NCBI GenBank assembly: GCA_951406725.2
Contig: OX597823.1
Span: 54,560,001-54,624,000 of the forward strand
Source of the DNA: Octopus vulgaris
Taxonomy: Eukaryota
Length of the DNA stretch: 64,000 nucleotides
Reading direction: 5' to 3'
The position numbers and the translations under genes were made by a program. The notes under the pieces are model-generated. The model made no database searches. It worked only from the letters and a program-made list of their open reading frames with translations, and had not been told where the DNA came from. Below are positions 27,680-39,419 of this stretch, in pieces. Position 1 is the stretch's first letter, and the number at the start of each line of letters is the position of its first letter.

Positions 27680-28020
27680 TTTTAGTCGAAAAAATTTAGA
27701 TCTTTGCCATACCTTCGCAAAAAATTCAGAAGTGGTTGTTGGAAAATTTCTACGACATTACAAACTCCAATTTCTGGATTCCTAATTCTCCCGATTATAA
27801 TCTCTTGGATTACTACGTGTGAGAAAGACACCAACCGCTCTGCTAGCAACATCAAAGCCGAAGTGGTGGCTAAGATCAAGGCGGTCTTCGAAGATCCTCC
27901 CAGGGACACAACCATAATCTAATTGATATTTGTTAATTTTTAAAAAATAAGTTTATTTTGGGGATGGGATATTGCGTTTCTTTTTCTTTTGGCAAACAAA
28001 TTTAGCCTGAACACCCTCTA
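27680..28020 (+). pseudogene. Tc1/mariner (DD37D/maT-like) transposase C-terminal fragment with probable right TIR
   Basis: CHTSQKIQKWLLENFYDITNSNFWIPNSPDYNLLDYYV*, then EKDTNRSASNIKAEVVAKIKAVFED (WPPNSPDxNPxDY motif); ends aaatttagcctgaacaccctcTA. Confidence 0.75.
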
Positions 28021-28105
28021 TGTATGTCTAAGCATATATATATATATAACGCGAGGACGTGGAACAAATATAGTGTTATTGGACGCTCAGGAAAGGAAAG
28101 AAAGG

Positions 28106-28140
28106 ATTTAACGTTTCGAGCTGAGCTCTTCGTCAGAAAC
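28106..28140 (-). ncRNA. Minimal type-I hammerhead ribozyme in a Penelope-like pLTR fragment (28048-28205)
   Basis: gttt-CTGACGA-a-gagc(tca)gctc-GAAA-cg-TT-aaat. Confidence 0.65.
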
Positions 28141-29083
28141 ATAGAAAAAGGAAAGATCCAAGGAAAGGAAGACGGAGGAAAAAAATCGCCAACGATACAC
28201 ACGTGGACCTCAATGAAATGCACAAGGCTCTCATCAGCTCCCGGGGCAATAAGATACTTGCCCAAGGTGTCGCGAAGTAGGACTAAACTCAAGACCACAG
28301 GATTGCTTTCTACAACTAAATAGTAGAGTTGATAAAACTGAATCACCTTCATTTCTACAATCTACGACCAAATACACATTCTGTAGAGAGTCGACCAGGA
28401 AGTGAAACAGCGAAAGAAATTATTCTGTGTTTACGTGCATATTGTGTGTGTGTGTGTGTGTTGGATAGAATATTCTGTTGTAACAGTTCCAGTTCAGCTC
28501 GCCCTTCATCCGTTCGGTGATCATGAAATACTGTACCAGTCAAGAACTGGTGTCAATTCTTCGCTCTTTTCCCTCTCTCAATCTATTTCGCAAGATGTAA
28601 TAAACCACCCAAGAAACATGAATGGTGAAACCAGTGTGTGTTACTTGTGTTAACGACCTAGCAAGATATAAATGGCATCATTGATTGAAACAGGAATTGA
28701 ATTTTGTACATACAAGGCTGCCCTTTGTACAAAAACTCGTAGATAATGCAGATTTATCTTATATTCCTTTATAGAGGTTTTATTATAAGGGCTAGTTATC
28801 TATAATACTGGTTTCAATATTTCAAGACGCTTCAAAACACACTCAAGATTTCAAAGGGTGGGTAATCGATTGTATTAATACAGTAATTCAGTGGTAGTCG
28901 TTTTATTGACCCCACGCACCCACATTCTTTTTCTAAATGTTGACGAATAAAAAGGTAAACACCGGTGGGATTTGAACTCAGATCATAGATTAACGTAACT
29001 ATACACATATACTTCCAGGTATTTTATTTTAGTAAGTTCAACGCTACCGTTTCTTCTATTACCTCCCAAATCCTTAGATGACT

Positions 29084-29175
29084 AAGTAAAGAATACGTAC
29101 ACCACCCGTTTTCGACGTAACAAAAACCCTAACCTAATCCTAACTGTAAACACCGGGTGTGCGTATTCTTTACTT
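29084..29175. mobile_element. Tiny TIR element or hairpin with CCTAAC repeats in the loop
   Basis: aagtaaagaatacgtacacc...ggtgtgcgtattctttactt arms; loop aaaccctaacctaatcctaac. Confidence 0.6.
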
Positions 29176-29193
29176 TCGCAAATATATAAAGTC

Positions 29194-29325
29194 GGTTTAT
29201 GTCCGGTCATAGAGTGACCAGTGGTTTCCTATCCACAAAGGGCTCCCAAAGTCTGACAAGCCGTCCATGGGGCTAAGCCCTTTGTGGGTGCGAAACCATT
29301 GGTCCACTATGACCGAACATAGACT
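29194..29325 (+). ncRNA. Fold-back with hammerhead ribozyme carrying one core substitution
   Basis: agt-CTGACAA-gc...gggc(taa)gccc...gc-GAAA-ccattgg-TC; arms 29194-29244 / 29276-29325. Confidence 0.55.
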
Positions 29326-29377
29326 TAACTACATATAAATACATTACTGTTCTCTACTTCAGAGTGTACTTCTTTTT

Positions 29378-29422
<45 letters not shown>

Positions 29423-29588
29423 CATCTGATGTAGAAATAGATATACAGCTGCTAAGTTAACCCTAAACCTAACTCGACGTAGGTCATCATCCAGTCTGCT
29501 TTCAGCATAGAGGTTAAGCAACTATTATATTTTGTAGTATTACTGGTTATAAATAAAGCAAATATGTAAGATAACTTACGATGAACAC

Positions 29589-29740
29589 AAGTTTATATTA
29601 TTAGTTCCTTTTTGCGTTTCACTATCGTGATTGTTTGGAACTCTCCGCGTTCGATGTTCCAATAGTACTTAGAACATTCAATGCAGAGCTCCAAACACTC
29701 ACAATGGTGAAACGAACGTAGGAACTAATGATATAAACTT
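29589..29740. repeat. ~70-bp-arm inverted repeat
   Basis: aagtttatattattagttcct...gatgttc / gaacatt...aggaactaatgatataaactt. Confidence 0.85.
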
Positions 29741-30752
29741 AAATTTTATAGAAATTTCTCAAATACATAGATATAACACTTAAAGCGCTTAGCTTTACAT
29801 ACGTTATGGGCGCGAAACATTGGGTAACTCTATAAACCGGCCCAAACTATCTATCTGTATACATAATATATATATATAACGGATTTTAATAAACTAAACA
29901 TTCATACAATAGTCATGAATTTTTTAAATAATCATTAGGTGATACGTAATATAATTAAGAACTGGTTAAGTGTAAGAAATTATATAACTGAAGGGCAACT
30001 GCCCCACAAAATATTAAATCTGGACGTTATTATCTTTCACCTGGTTTCTAGAAAAAGAAAAATCTTAAACGTTGACTAAAATAGATTATTATTATTACTA
30101 TTATTATTATTTTGTTGTTGTTTTCTACCGTTTTGTAGAAACTGGAATCGGTGGTTGCTTCTTAAATCCCACGCCCAAGTCAACAGCCATGACAGAGCAG
30201 ACCTGTATGATTCAAAGGTATTCCGATTGTGACCATCTCGTCTTTTTGTATGTAATCAAGGACAACAATGCTCAAATGAATTCTCCACACATGCTTTTTC
30301 GAAGCGGTTAGATGGGGGTTGGATAAAAGAAATAAAATGAGACCTGTCTGCTAGAAATGGTAGCCAGATCTCATTCCATTTCTAAGAAATACGTAGAAGC
30401 TTCCTTATTGGTTTGAGAAAAGTGAAAGACAAGGCCTACCGGCGTGTCGAATAATATCAGTACGGAATTCTTTATTTGTTATATAGGGCTAGTCAATAAT
30501 AAATAGTAGAATAACGGGTAATGAAAATGAACCGATTAAGAAAAAATAAGTCACAATAAACATATGCGTATATTACGCATGTAACAGGTAAATCAGACTT
30601 ACTTCTTGTTTGCAAAACAATAGACACAACAAAGATTATATCTTTTTAAGCAATAGAACGACAGAGAAAATATTCTTCCTAGTATTAAAATGGTATTCAA
30701 TAACTAATTTAATAGCTGGGCAATTATTAAGATTTTATTACACGACAACGAC

Positions 30753-30812
<60 letters not shown>

Positions 30813-30968
30813 ATATATGTTTATGTGTATAATCTTTTGCGTAATCGAATTAACTAGCATCGAAATAAAAGCAAAAATATCGAACATTTAAAAGTTTAAC
30901 AACCTGTATATTCTATTTTTATAATGTACGTAGTGTTTGACTGCGTACGTCATTTATTTAATTTACAA

Positions 30969-31019
<51 letters not shown>

Positions 31020-31359
31020 TATATATCGACCATAAGTTGTTGATTTTAGGTGTTGCAACCAGGATTTGAAGCGTTATATAAAGATATTAAATGCAGAAAT
31101 TCAATTTTAATCAAGACATTAAAAAAAAGAGAATTAATATTGATACGTACAGATCCAAAGGTGAGAAATCATAATCTCCAATTTTACAGTCTTTCCCGTC
31201 GTCACATAAGACGTAAACTCCGTGAATAAAAACAGCAGCGATTAACGATAGCCAAAACCTTGTCCAAGCCATACTTTTCCTGTTCTATAGCAAATATATC
31301 TACTTAGCAAATATTGATACGATATAGAATGAGGACACACATATATACTACATATATAT

Positions 31360-31413
<54 letters not shown>

Positions 31414-33203
31414 GTATGAGTCTTTTCGGCGTGTACTATAAAAACCTGTGATGTGTTGTTTCTGTTAATAGTAAATAAATGTATGTGTGTTTTAAAGGAT
31501 AATAATTAAATATTTTTTTGTGTATACTAGCAAGAGAGAGATTGTTGTAGTTACTTGTTACTTTTTCCTAATTTTTTCTCGTCATGTGAAAATACGTATT
31601 TTTGTTGCTGGTATTTTTAACAATACGGGGAGTGTGATATAACACGGATGTTCAATGCGTTTCAACGTGACTATATATATACATACATAAATAAGACAAT
31701 TAAAACGTTATATATATATATATATATACGCGGATAAAAAAAATAAGAGTACAATGAAGAAATTCGTCAGTGGCTATTCATAAGACCACTGAACGACGAC
31801 GACCGAGCTATTCAGTTAAAAATCCACAAGACAAGACACATTTGAAAAGATAACCACCCAGTGCCAAATAAACCAGCTGTAAGTGTGTTAATATCTAACG
31901 GGAAGTTGTTAGGTGCGTCACGGAAGCTAAATTAAAAAAAAAGGGGCAGATAACTGCGATTGTTGTTTGTCCACGCAATTATTCTCCGCAGGTTCTTAGT
32001 AGTCGAGAATGACTCTGATCCTAACCTCTCCATATCTGACCATCCCCATCATTTATCCACACATAGTGTAATTTAAGACTATGTTATATTTTAACTTTTA
32101 CTTGTTTCAGTCATTAGACTCTCAGACATGTTAGGGCACCGCCTTGAAAGTTATATTTAGTTCAACGAAATACTCTATTGATCATTTCTGGTCAAACCAC
32201 TAGGCTACAGGAACCTAAAATCCACACCAGTTGTTGGGACCTAAAGTAAATTCACACACATACATACACACGTATATAAATATATATACGAAGGGCTTCC
32301 TTCAGGTTCTGTTTGCCAAATCCACTCACAAGGCTTTGGTTGGCCCAGGGCTATACTATAGACACTTGCCAACGTTGTCACGCAGTGAAACTGAACACAG
32401 CAGTAATAGGACGATTTGGCTACTATTTCTAGCAGGTGTTGCAACGTCGTTAAGCAGTCCTTTTTTACAACCTGTTTGTCACGAAACTGACATCATAATA
32501 TTTTATGACTGTTGTCTCATATTTACAGATTAAATACATTGATTTCATATTTTACTCACCCATGCAATCAGGATGTTCTATTTCGGAGATTGTGGTTGTT
32601 GTTGGTGGTGGTGGTGGTCTTCTTCTTCTTCTTGTATTTAGTGTGTCGAATTTACCATTACAATTACAATAGTAATAATAAACATCTTTCAAAGTTGATT
32701 ATGTTTTTTCCCCTTTTTGAAAATGTTATAGAGATTCCTTTGGGTGAGGTGGAGTGGGTGGGGGTTTGGTCCTTGCTGGCAGAATTGGTAGACCGGCAGA
32801 CAAAATATCTTTTGGTGTCTTAGTTTCGTTCCTTTATGTTTTAAGCTCAAATCTGTTTGGGTGCCAATTTAATAATACCCTAGAGTATTTGGGATCGATT
32901 TAATTGAATGCTAGCAGACGTACCTAGGAAAGCGGGGCTTATCCCTTGGTTCCGTTGTCATAATTGTTTCACTAATCCAATAACAACAATACAAAATATG
33001 TAGCCCTTAAAACGGTTTTTGTGCATTTACAGATGATACCGAACTGGCTTACACAGGATCTTGTTTTTAGGAATGAATACCCAAATTGTGAAGTCAGATC
33101 GGTAATAACATGAAATTAGTTACCCGATAGTAAGGATTCAAATAAAGTAACCCCGAAAATGGTTTTACTGTGTTCCCAGAATATATAGAACTTAGAAGGA
33201 AAT

Positions 33204-33595
33204 AGTGTGGTAAGTAGCTTGTTTACCAACCACATGGTTCCGGGTTCAGTACCACTGCGTGGCACCTTGGGCAAGTGTCTTCTTCTATAGCCTCGGGCCG
33301 ACCAATGCCTTGTGAGTGGATTAGGTAGACGGAAACTGAAAGATGCCCGTCGTATATATATGTATGTGCGTGTATGTTTGTGTGTCTGTGTTTGTCCCCC
33401 TAGCATTGCTTGACAACCGATGCTGGTGTGTTTATGTCCCCCGTCACTTAGCGGTTCGGCAAAAGAGACCGATAGAATAAGTACTGGGCTTACAAAGAAT
33501 AAGTCCCGGGGTCGAGTTGCTCGATTAAAGGCGGTGCTCCAGCATGGCCGCAGTCAAAATGACTGAAACAAGTAAAAAGAGAGAAAGAGAGAGAA
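33204..33595 (+). mobile_element. SINE family A (young)
   Basis: Near-consensus sequence. Confidence 0.92.
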
Positions 33596-35124
33596 AGGTA
33601 TGTATGCTAAAATCGTGAAGCATGTTACGTGATAACAGGCTAATCAGATATGCGATAATAACAATTCAAAGTAAATAACTCTGAAAAGGGCTTTTGTGCA
33701 TTCAAAAAGAATATTACTCTCAGGGGCGCTAGTGTTGGTATATTCGTGAATAAGTCACTAACAGAAATAAATGGATCTATTGGTTAGGAAAATACTATTG
33801 TTTAAGGATTGTATTGGATAAATTGCGAAAATAGCTCTCTAACAGTTCAAATAGTAAGAAATAAGCATACTCAGTTTCATTTTTACCAAATAATTGGTTA
33901 TTTCTCTTGGCTATATATAAGGATTCCTGCCAGGGGCGAATGGGTTATTTTCCTTGGTTTTTAAAATAAAATATAATATATATAAGAATCCCTTCCAGAT
34001 GTCCTTTTATCAATTTTTTTCAACAATCTGAGTATGCCATGAGGTTTCCAGACATGAGTAGTACTCACGTGTCAAGTTTCATCAAAATCGATAAAACGAT
34101 GTATGATGAGTTAGCTAACACACCCACAGACAAAATTTACCACATTTGTAATAGATACCAAGCCTCAGAATCGTGCAGGCTTGTTATGTCACAATTGTTA
34201 AACATTTTATCTCTGGCACAAACTATAAAGTGAAGTTTGCACAACATTTTTTTTAACGTTGCAATGCTAACATTAGGTACTTTTCTTGGGAAAGTATTCT
34301 TAAGCTTTTTTGCTTTTAGTTCTTTGCAGTAAATATGTTGCAGCTTCTGATACCTATGGGTTGATATGTAACTAATTCATGAACGTTTAACATTTTATTA
34401 AATATTTCACAAATAAAAGATATTTTTGCAACCTTTTCAGAATTATACTGTGACCCATAAGTTGGGGAACAGTAGGTGTGAAGAGTCGGACAATCAATAT
34501 TACTTAACAATCTTTAGTTTCGTTCATCTCTGTTTTGTACCCAAATTTATCAAAATCGATTTTGCCTTTCCTTTGTCTGAATCAGTAATATGAGTACAAT
34601 TCGTTTCAATTAATCAAGTAAATCAGCATCAGTCATTGCTTCCCCATTGCTGGGTAAATAAATACTTTCCTATTTTGTTTCCATAATTTTTAGTTTGGGG
34701 TGACTTTTCGTTGTTATTGTTTTGGTCACTAATACGACCGCTAAAGTTGTTTGTTTAAGAACAATTCGATAAGTTTGGGTTCCATTTAACCAATCTAGCC
34801 TCTTGCATATTGTCTCAGATCGGCTTTGGGCTAGTTTCTTATTCAGCATATTAAAAATAGCTTTATTTCCAAGGGATTTCCTATCCGTCATGCCCCTCAG
34901 CTGATCTGATAATAGTTGCTGGACACCACCTGTTCCCTATTTTAGCCGACCCACCAGTAAACTAGGGGCAATTCTGAAAATGACGGGCTCATTTGGGCAA
35001 TATTTGATGAATGTGTGCTAAACTATAAAAGAAAATGAAATAATAATACAAATACGAAATTACTATTATTAGTTTTTAAAGGAACGTGTGTGTTTTAATA
35101 ATGGTATATATGGTATGTATGTAA

Positions 35125-35425
35125 AGGCGCGTGGCTTAGTGGTTAGGGTAATCGGCTCACGGTCGGATGGTCATGAGTTCGATTCCCGGCGGCGCGTTTT
35201 CTCCTTGATCAATGCACCAGTCCACTCAGCTGGCAAAAATGCGCTGTACCTGTAATTCAAAGGGCGGGCCTTGTCGTATTCCGTCACGCTGAATCTCCCT
35301 GGGAGCTACATTAAAGATACGCGTGTCTGTGGAGTGTTTTGTCACTTCCACGTTAATTTCACGAGCAGGCTGCTCTGTTGATCGATTCAACTGGAACCCT
35401 CGTCGTAGTAACCGAAAGAGTGTCA
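35125..35425 (+). mobile_element. tRNA-derived SINE (family C-related)
   Basis: ggcgcgtggcttagtggttagggt...gagttcgattcccggc head; ccagtccactcagctggcaaaaatg. Confidence 0.8.
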
Positions 35426-35619
35426 AGTTATATGTTATGAAAACAACTAAATACTGTACATAGTTGTTTTCACAACAGTTTTATAAACATTCCAAAGAAC
35501 GCGAAGTAATTCCTTTTCGGAATTCTCGAAGCACACGCACATAAAGCTATATATATTTATAATTGCATGTAAATATGTAAATATTGGGTTGAAAAACCCT
35601 TTTGGACAGAAAAAGTCGG

Positions 35620-35693
35620 AGGCTACACATGGGACTGAAATCCACATCTCCTGTAGACATGACAGGCTTTCTACCACTGAACCAAAGTAATCC
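35620..35693 (-). pseudogene. tRNA pseudogene, Thr-like
   Basis: ggattactttggttcagtggtagaaagcctgtc-atgtct-acaggagatgtggatttcagtccca...gtagcc followed by a T-run; the cctgtc..acaggagat arm resembles tRNA-Thr; anticodon loop corrupted. Confidence 0.45.
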
Positions 35694-35802
35694 TTCAAAT
35701 TTCTCTTTCCATTCAAGAAACTTTATTTGTATCAATGAGAATTGTACGTTGTTGACTACAAAAATTTTATAAACATTCGAGAGAAGGTGGAGTAATTCTT
35801 TT

Positions 35803-36385
35803 GGTTAATCTCTAGTTTAACACCCGGTCACAATTTTTTTTTTAAATAGTGTAATAGGTGTAAAACAATGTGTAGTAAACGAATATGTAGAAAAAAATGC
35901 ACGCTAACGAGCGAGTGAGGACTCGGAATATTTATTCGATCAAATTTTTTTCCCTCATAACTTTCAGGAAAATGGATATCTTTTAATGGGTGGGTGATAA
36001 GAAGCTTGCTTTCCAACCGCATGGTTCCGGGTTCAGTCCCAGTGCGTGGCACTTTGGGCAAGTGTCTTCAGCTATAGCCTCAAGCCGACTAATGCGTCCT
36101 GGATGCATTGGTCGGCCGTAAACCATGTAGTTGGGAAGCAAGCCCAGAATCATGTGGTAGGGAAGCAAGCTTCTTATCACACACCCATTAAAAGAGATCC
36201 CTTTTCCTGAAAATTATGAGGGAAAAAATCGGATCGTGTGAATATTCCTAGCCTTCCCCGCCTTCGTTCTTCAGCGCGCGTTTTTCTTCATATTCGTTTA
36301 CTACACATTGTTTTACTCCTATTACACTATTTTTTCCCCATTTTCTTCCCATGTTTTTGACCGGCTGTTAAACTAGAGATTAACC
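35803..36385. mobile_element. Merlin-like fold-back DNA element with ~200-bp TIRs
   Basis: Ends GGTTAATCTCTAGTTTAACA / TGTTAAACTAGAGATTAACC; 8-bp TSD ATTCTTTT (35795-35802, 36386-36393). Confidence 0.8.
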
Positions 36386-36836
36386 ATTCTTTTCCGGAAT
36401 TCTCGAAGCACACACGCATAAAGCTATAGATAATAGCCATGTAAATATATACATATTTGAAAAATGAATAGAAATGGCTTTGTTGATAATTGTTCCACTT
36501 GAGATGTTTATCAATCAATAGTTGTTTACAAAGCGTGACTCTGTTGTGAGTTTCTCACTTAAAAGTGGTTTTTAAGCTATTCTAATTTTCCTTTTACTTC
36601 AGTCTCCCCTTGTATGCGTAGGTAGAGTTGTTGAACTACACACACACACACACACACATACACACACACACATACACACACACACACACACACGCACACA
36701 CACACACACATTCTCGTAAACATCTAATGATTTGTAAACATTCTAATTATTAAAGTAGAAAAATTTTCAGAAAATCTATTTCTGTTCATAAGCAATAATA
36801 AATCTCTGAACGAGGTATAAACAGTAACTGCACGAC

Positions 36837-37146
36837 AATGTGAAGTATATTTGCTATTTAAATGTGGCTAACCACTAAGGGTGGATGCTAGTGTAGCTTG
36901 TAGCCCCAGGAGAACATCTCCAGCTGGCTATTGACACACTTTCTGTGCCCTATCAGTATTTGAAAAGGGAAGCCATCCTTCCCATCGTCGACCTGACGTG
37001 ATACGCACGGACCCGGGTTTCTGAATATTTACCCGTCGTCAACGCACGACAATCAGCTGGAGAAGATGTTCTCCTGGGGCTACAAGCTACAGTAGCATCC
37101 ACCCTTAGTGGTTAGCCACCTTTAAGTGGCAAATATACTTCACATT
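36837..37146. repeat. ~90-bp-arm inverted repeat element
   Basis: Arms 36837-36926 and 37054-37146 are nearly perfect reverse complements. Confidence 0.9.
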
Positions 37147-37203
37147 ATTTCTGTTCATGTTTTCAAATATATAATTCGATACCAAAGATTTTCTATCATA
37201 ATT

Positions 37204-37258
<55 letters not shown>

Positions 37259-37277
37259 ACACGAGCACGCACGCACG

Positions 37278-37309
<32 letters not shown>

Positions 37310-37626
37310 TAGGCATACTTCAACTTATATCAGTATTTTTTTTTAAACTGCGTAATGAAATTTTATTCAAAATACCAACAGGAATATGTGTGGATCTTTT
37401 CTGTTCACAAAAGAAAAACAAAGAAAAAAAGGGAGAATGAAAAAAAAAACATTAATTGCACAACGAGTGCTTCAATTGGTTGCCCGTTACGAGATTCAAC
37501 GGAACCTACAGAAGCAATCCAGTACGTCGGTAATTGGTTTCAAGGCATGTGATTTTTCACGAAAAATAACGTAACATTAAAGAATAAATTTTGAACAAAA
37601 TCTATTATATCTGTTTTAATAAATGA

Positions 37627-38132
37627 CTAGCAGTATCGCCCGGCGTTGCTCGGGTTTATAAGGGAAATAACTATATAAGCATTTTTAGAGAGTTACTTCC
37701 CTTATAGATGCCAATTCGGGCTTTCTTAGCCATTTCTGTTTTGGTGTCTTCAAGCCATGAAGTCGTTGTTCTAAAAGAACGCTGGTCTCCTTGACAACGC
37801 ATTACGACGTTGATTTCTTTACACTCCCTTCCCCACAGCTTCACGAGGGAGGGAAGGGGGAGAAGCAAACAGGTGCAGCTGTGAGCGTGGACGCCAACTC
37901 CGCCGCCATCGACACACGAAAAATTATGCATTAAAATGGAATAAAAAATGATGTTAAATTATTTTTAAAATCGTAGACTCATCGTTGACGCGCGCTAATA
38001 GCCAGACGGGCTCGATATGAATCACGACTATAAGATACCCGAATTTGGTTAAACTGCACCGCAAAATGTGGGAGGAGTTAGGAATCTAAATCGAAGGGGA
38101 CAGACACACAACTAGAGTTTTATATATATAGA
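37627..38132 (-). mobile_element. Non-autonomous Helitron
   Basis: On the - strand: A|TC(tatatata)...cccgagcaacgccggg hairpin...CTAG|T. This gives a 5'-TC, a 3' hairpin plus CTAG, insertion between A and T, and no TSD. Confidence 0.85.
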
Positions 38133-38295
38133 TTTGTACATATTTTCATAGGGACTTTATTTGATTCTCCTTTTCAGTATTGGCTTTTAGGCGTAAATTA
38201 GTTGGATTAAATTGATTAAAGTTGGGGTTTATTTTACCCCATTAATTTCTTATAAAACGACATGAGGTCAAAAAGATGTAAGTTGAGGTACGCCT

Positions 38296-38521
38296 GTCGC
38301 GTCTTGTCCCAACATTCGAAATGCGGAGTAGATAAAGCGATGATGAAGGGAATGTTCTTTAAGTTGCCTTTCTCATTTCTCTGTTTGTTTCTTTCGTTGT
38401 TCGTAAAAAAGTTCATTTTCTATGTTTTTGTTTTTTATGTCCTCGTTTCTTATTTTGTCTACATTTTTGATGCCCTGTACCCATATATGCATATATATAT
38501 AGATATATATGTAGGTATGTA

Positions 38522-38571
<50 letters not shown>

Positions 38572-39379
38572 CATATATTTATATATTTTTATATTATTAT
38601 ATGATCGAACGCCACGCATCCATTTCCAAGTAAGTTTTATTTTAATTACGATGCGCACTCTTATTCTATCTCTATTCTTTCTATCTATCTCCCTCTCTTG
38701 TTCTTCTTCCTTTCTGTTTCTCTCTCCCATCCTTTCCCTATTTTTCTTCTCTCCCCTTCACCGTTCTCTCTCTCTCTCTCACTCTTCCTCCTTGACTCTC
38801 TCGTTGATCACACGTGACCAACGGCCATCCATCTTTCTTTCTTCTACTTCCTGCCTAAAGACAAGATGTGCTTTTACCTGTCTTTTCTCAAGCTCGTTTT
38901 TCCAGCGATCACTACTTCACATCTTTTTGACTTAACAACCCTCACCGTTTGTTTTTACTATTTTGTTCTCACTGTCCTATTTTTGCTACCACTTTCACCC
39001 GCACAAAATCCCAAATTTTATTTAATTTGCTTGGCGGGAAGGATTGTTTTAACGAAGTCGCGTCTTGTCCTTACGTTCGAAACATGGGGTAGATAAAACA
39101 GGGGACAACTGATGAAGGGAATGTTCTTTATGTTGCCTGTCTCGTTTCTCTGTTTGTTTCTTTCATTGTTCGTAAAAATAGTTCGTTTTCTATGTTTTTT
39201 TTATGTTCTCGTTTCTCATTTTGTCTACGTTGTTTTGATGTCCTGTACCCATATATGCATGTATATATACATATATATGTAGGTATGTACATATATGTAT
39301 GTATATATGCATATATTTATATGTTATTTATATTATTGTATGATCGGACACTACGCATCAATTTTCAAGTAAGTTTTAT
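38296..39379 (+). repeat. Direct repeat pair (~330 bp; 38296-38640 and 39057-39379)
   Basis: gtcgcgtcttgtcc...gatgaagggaatgttcttta...tgtacccatatatgcat...aagtaagttttat occurs twice. Confidence 0.85.
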
Positions 39380-39385
39380 GCCTAT

Positions 39386-39419
<34 letters not shown>

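Noticed and set aside
33980-34155. Helitron-like 5' end (aagtttcatcaaaatcg...aatagat)
   Set aside because: No matching CTAG/hairpin end could be located, so boundaries are unsupported.
39070-39135. GAAA...CTGATGA as a type II/III hammerhead
   Set aside because: No convincing stems I-III or UH triplet.
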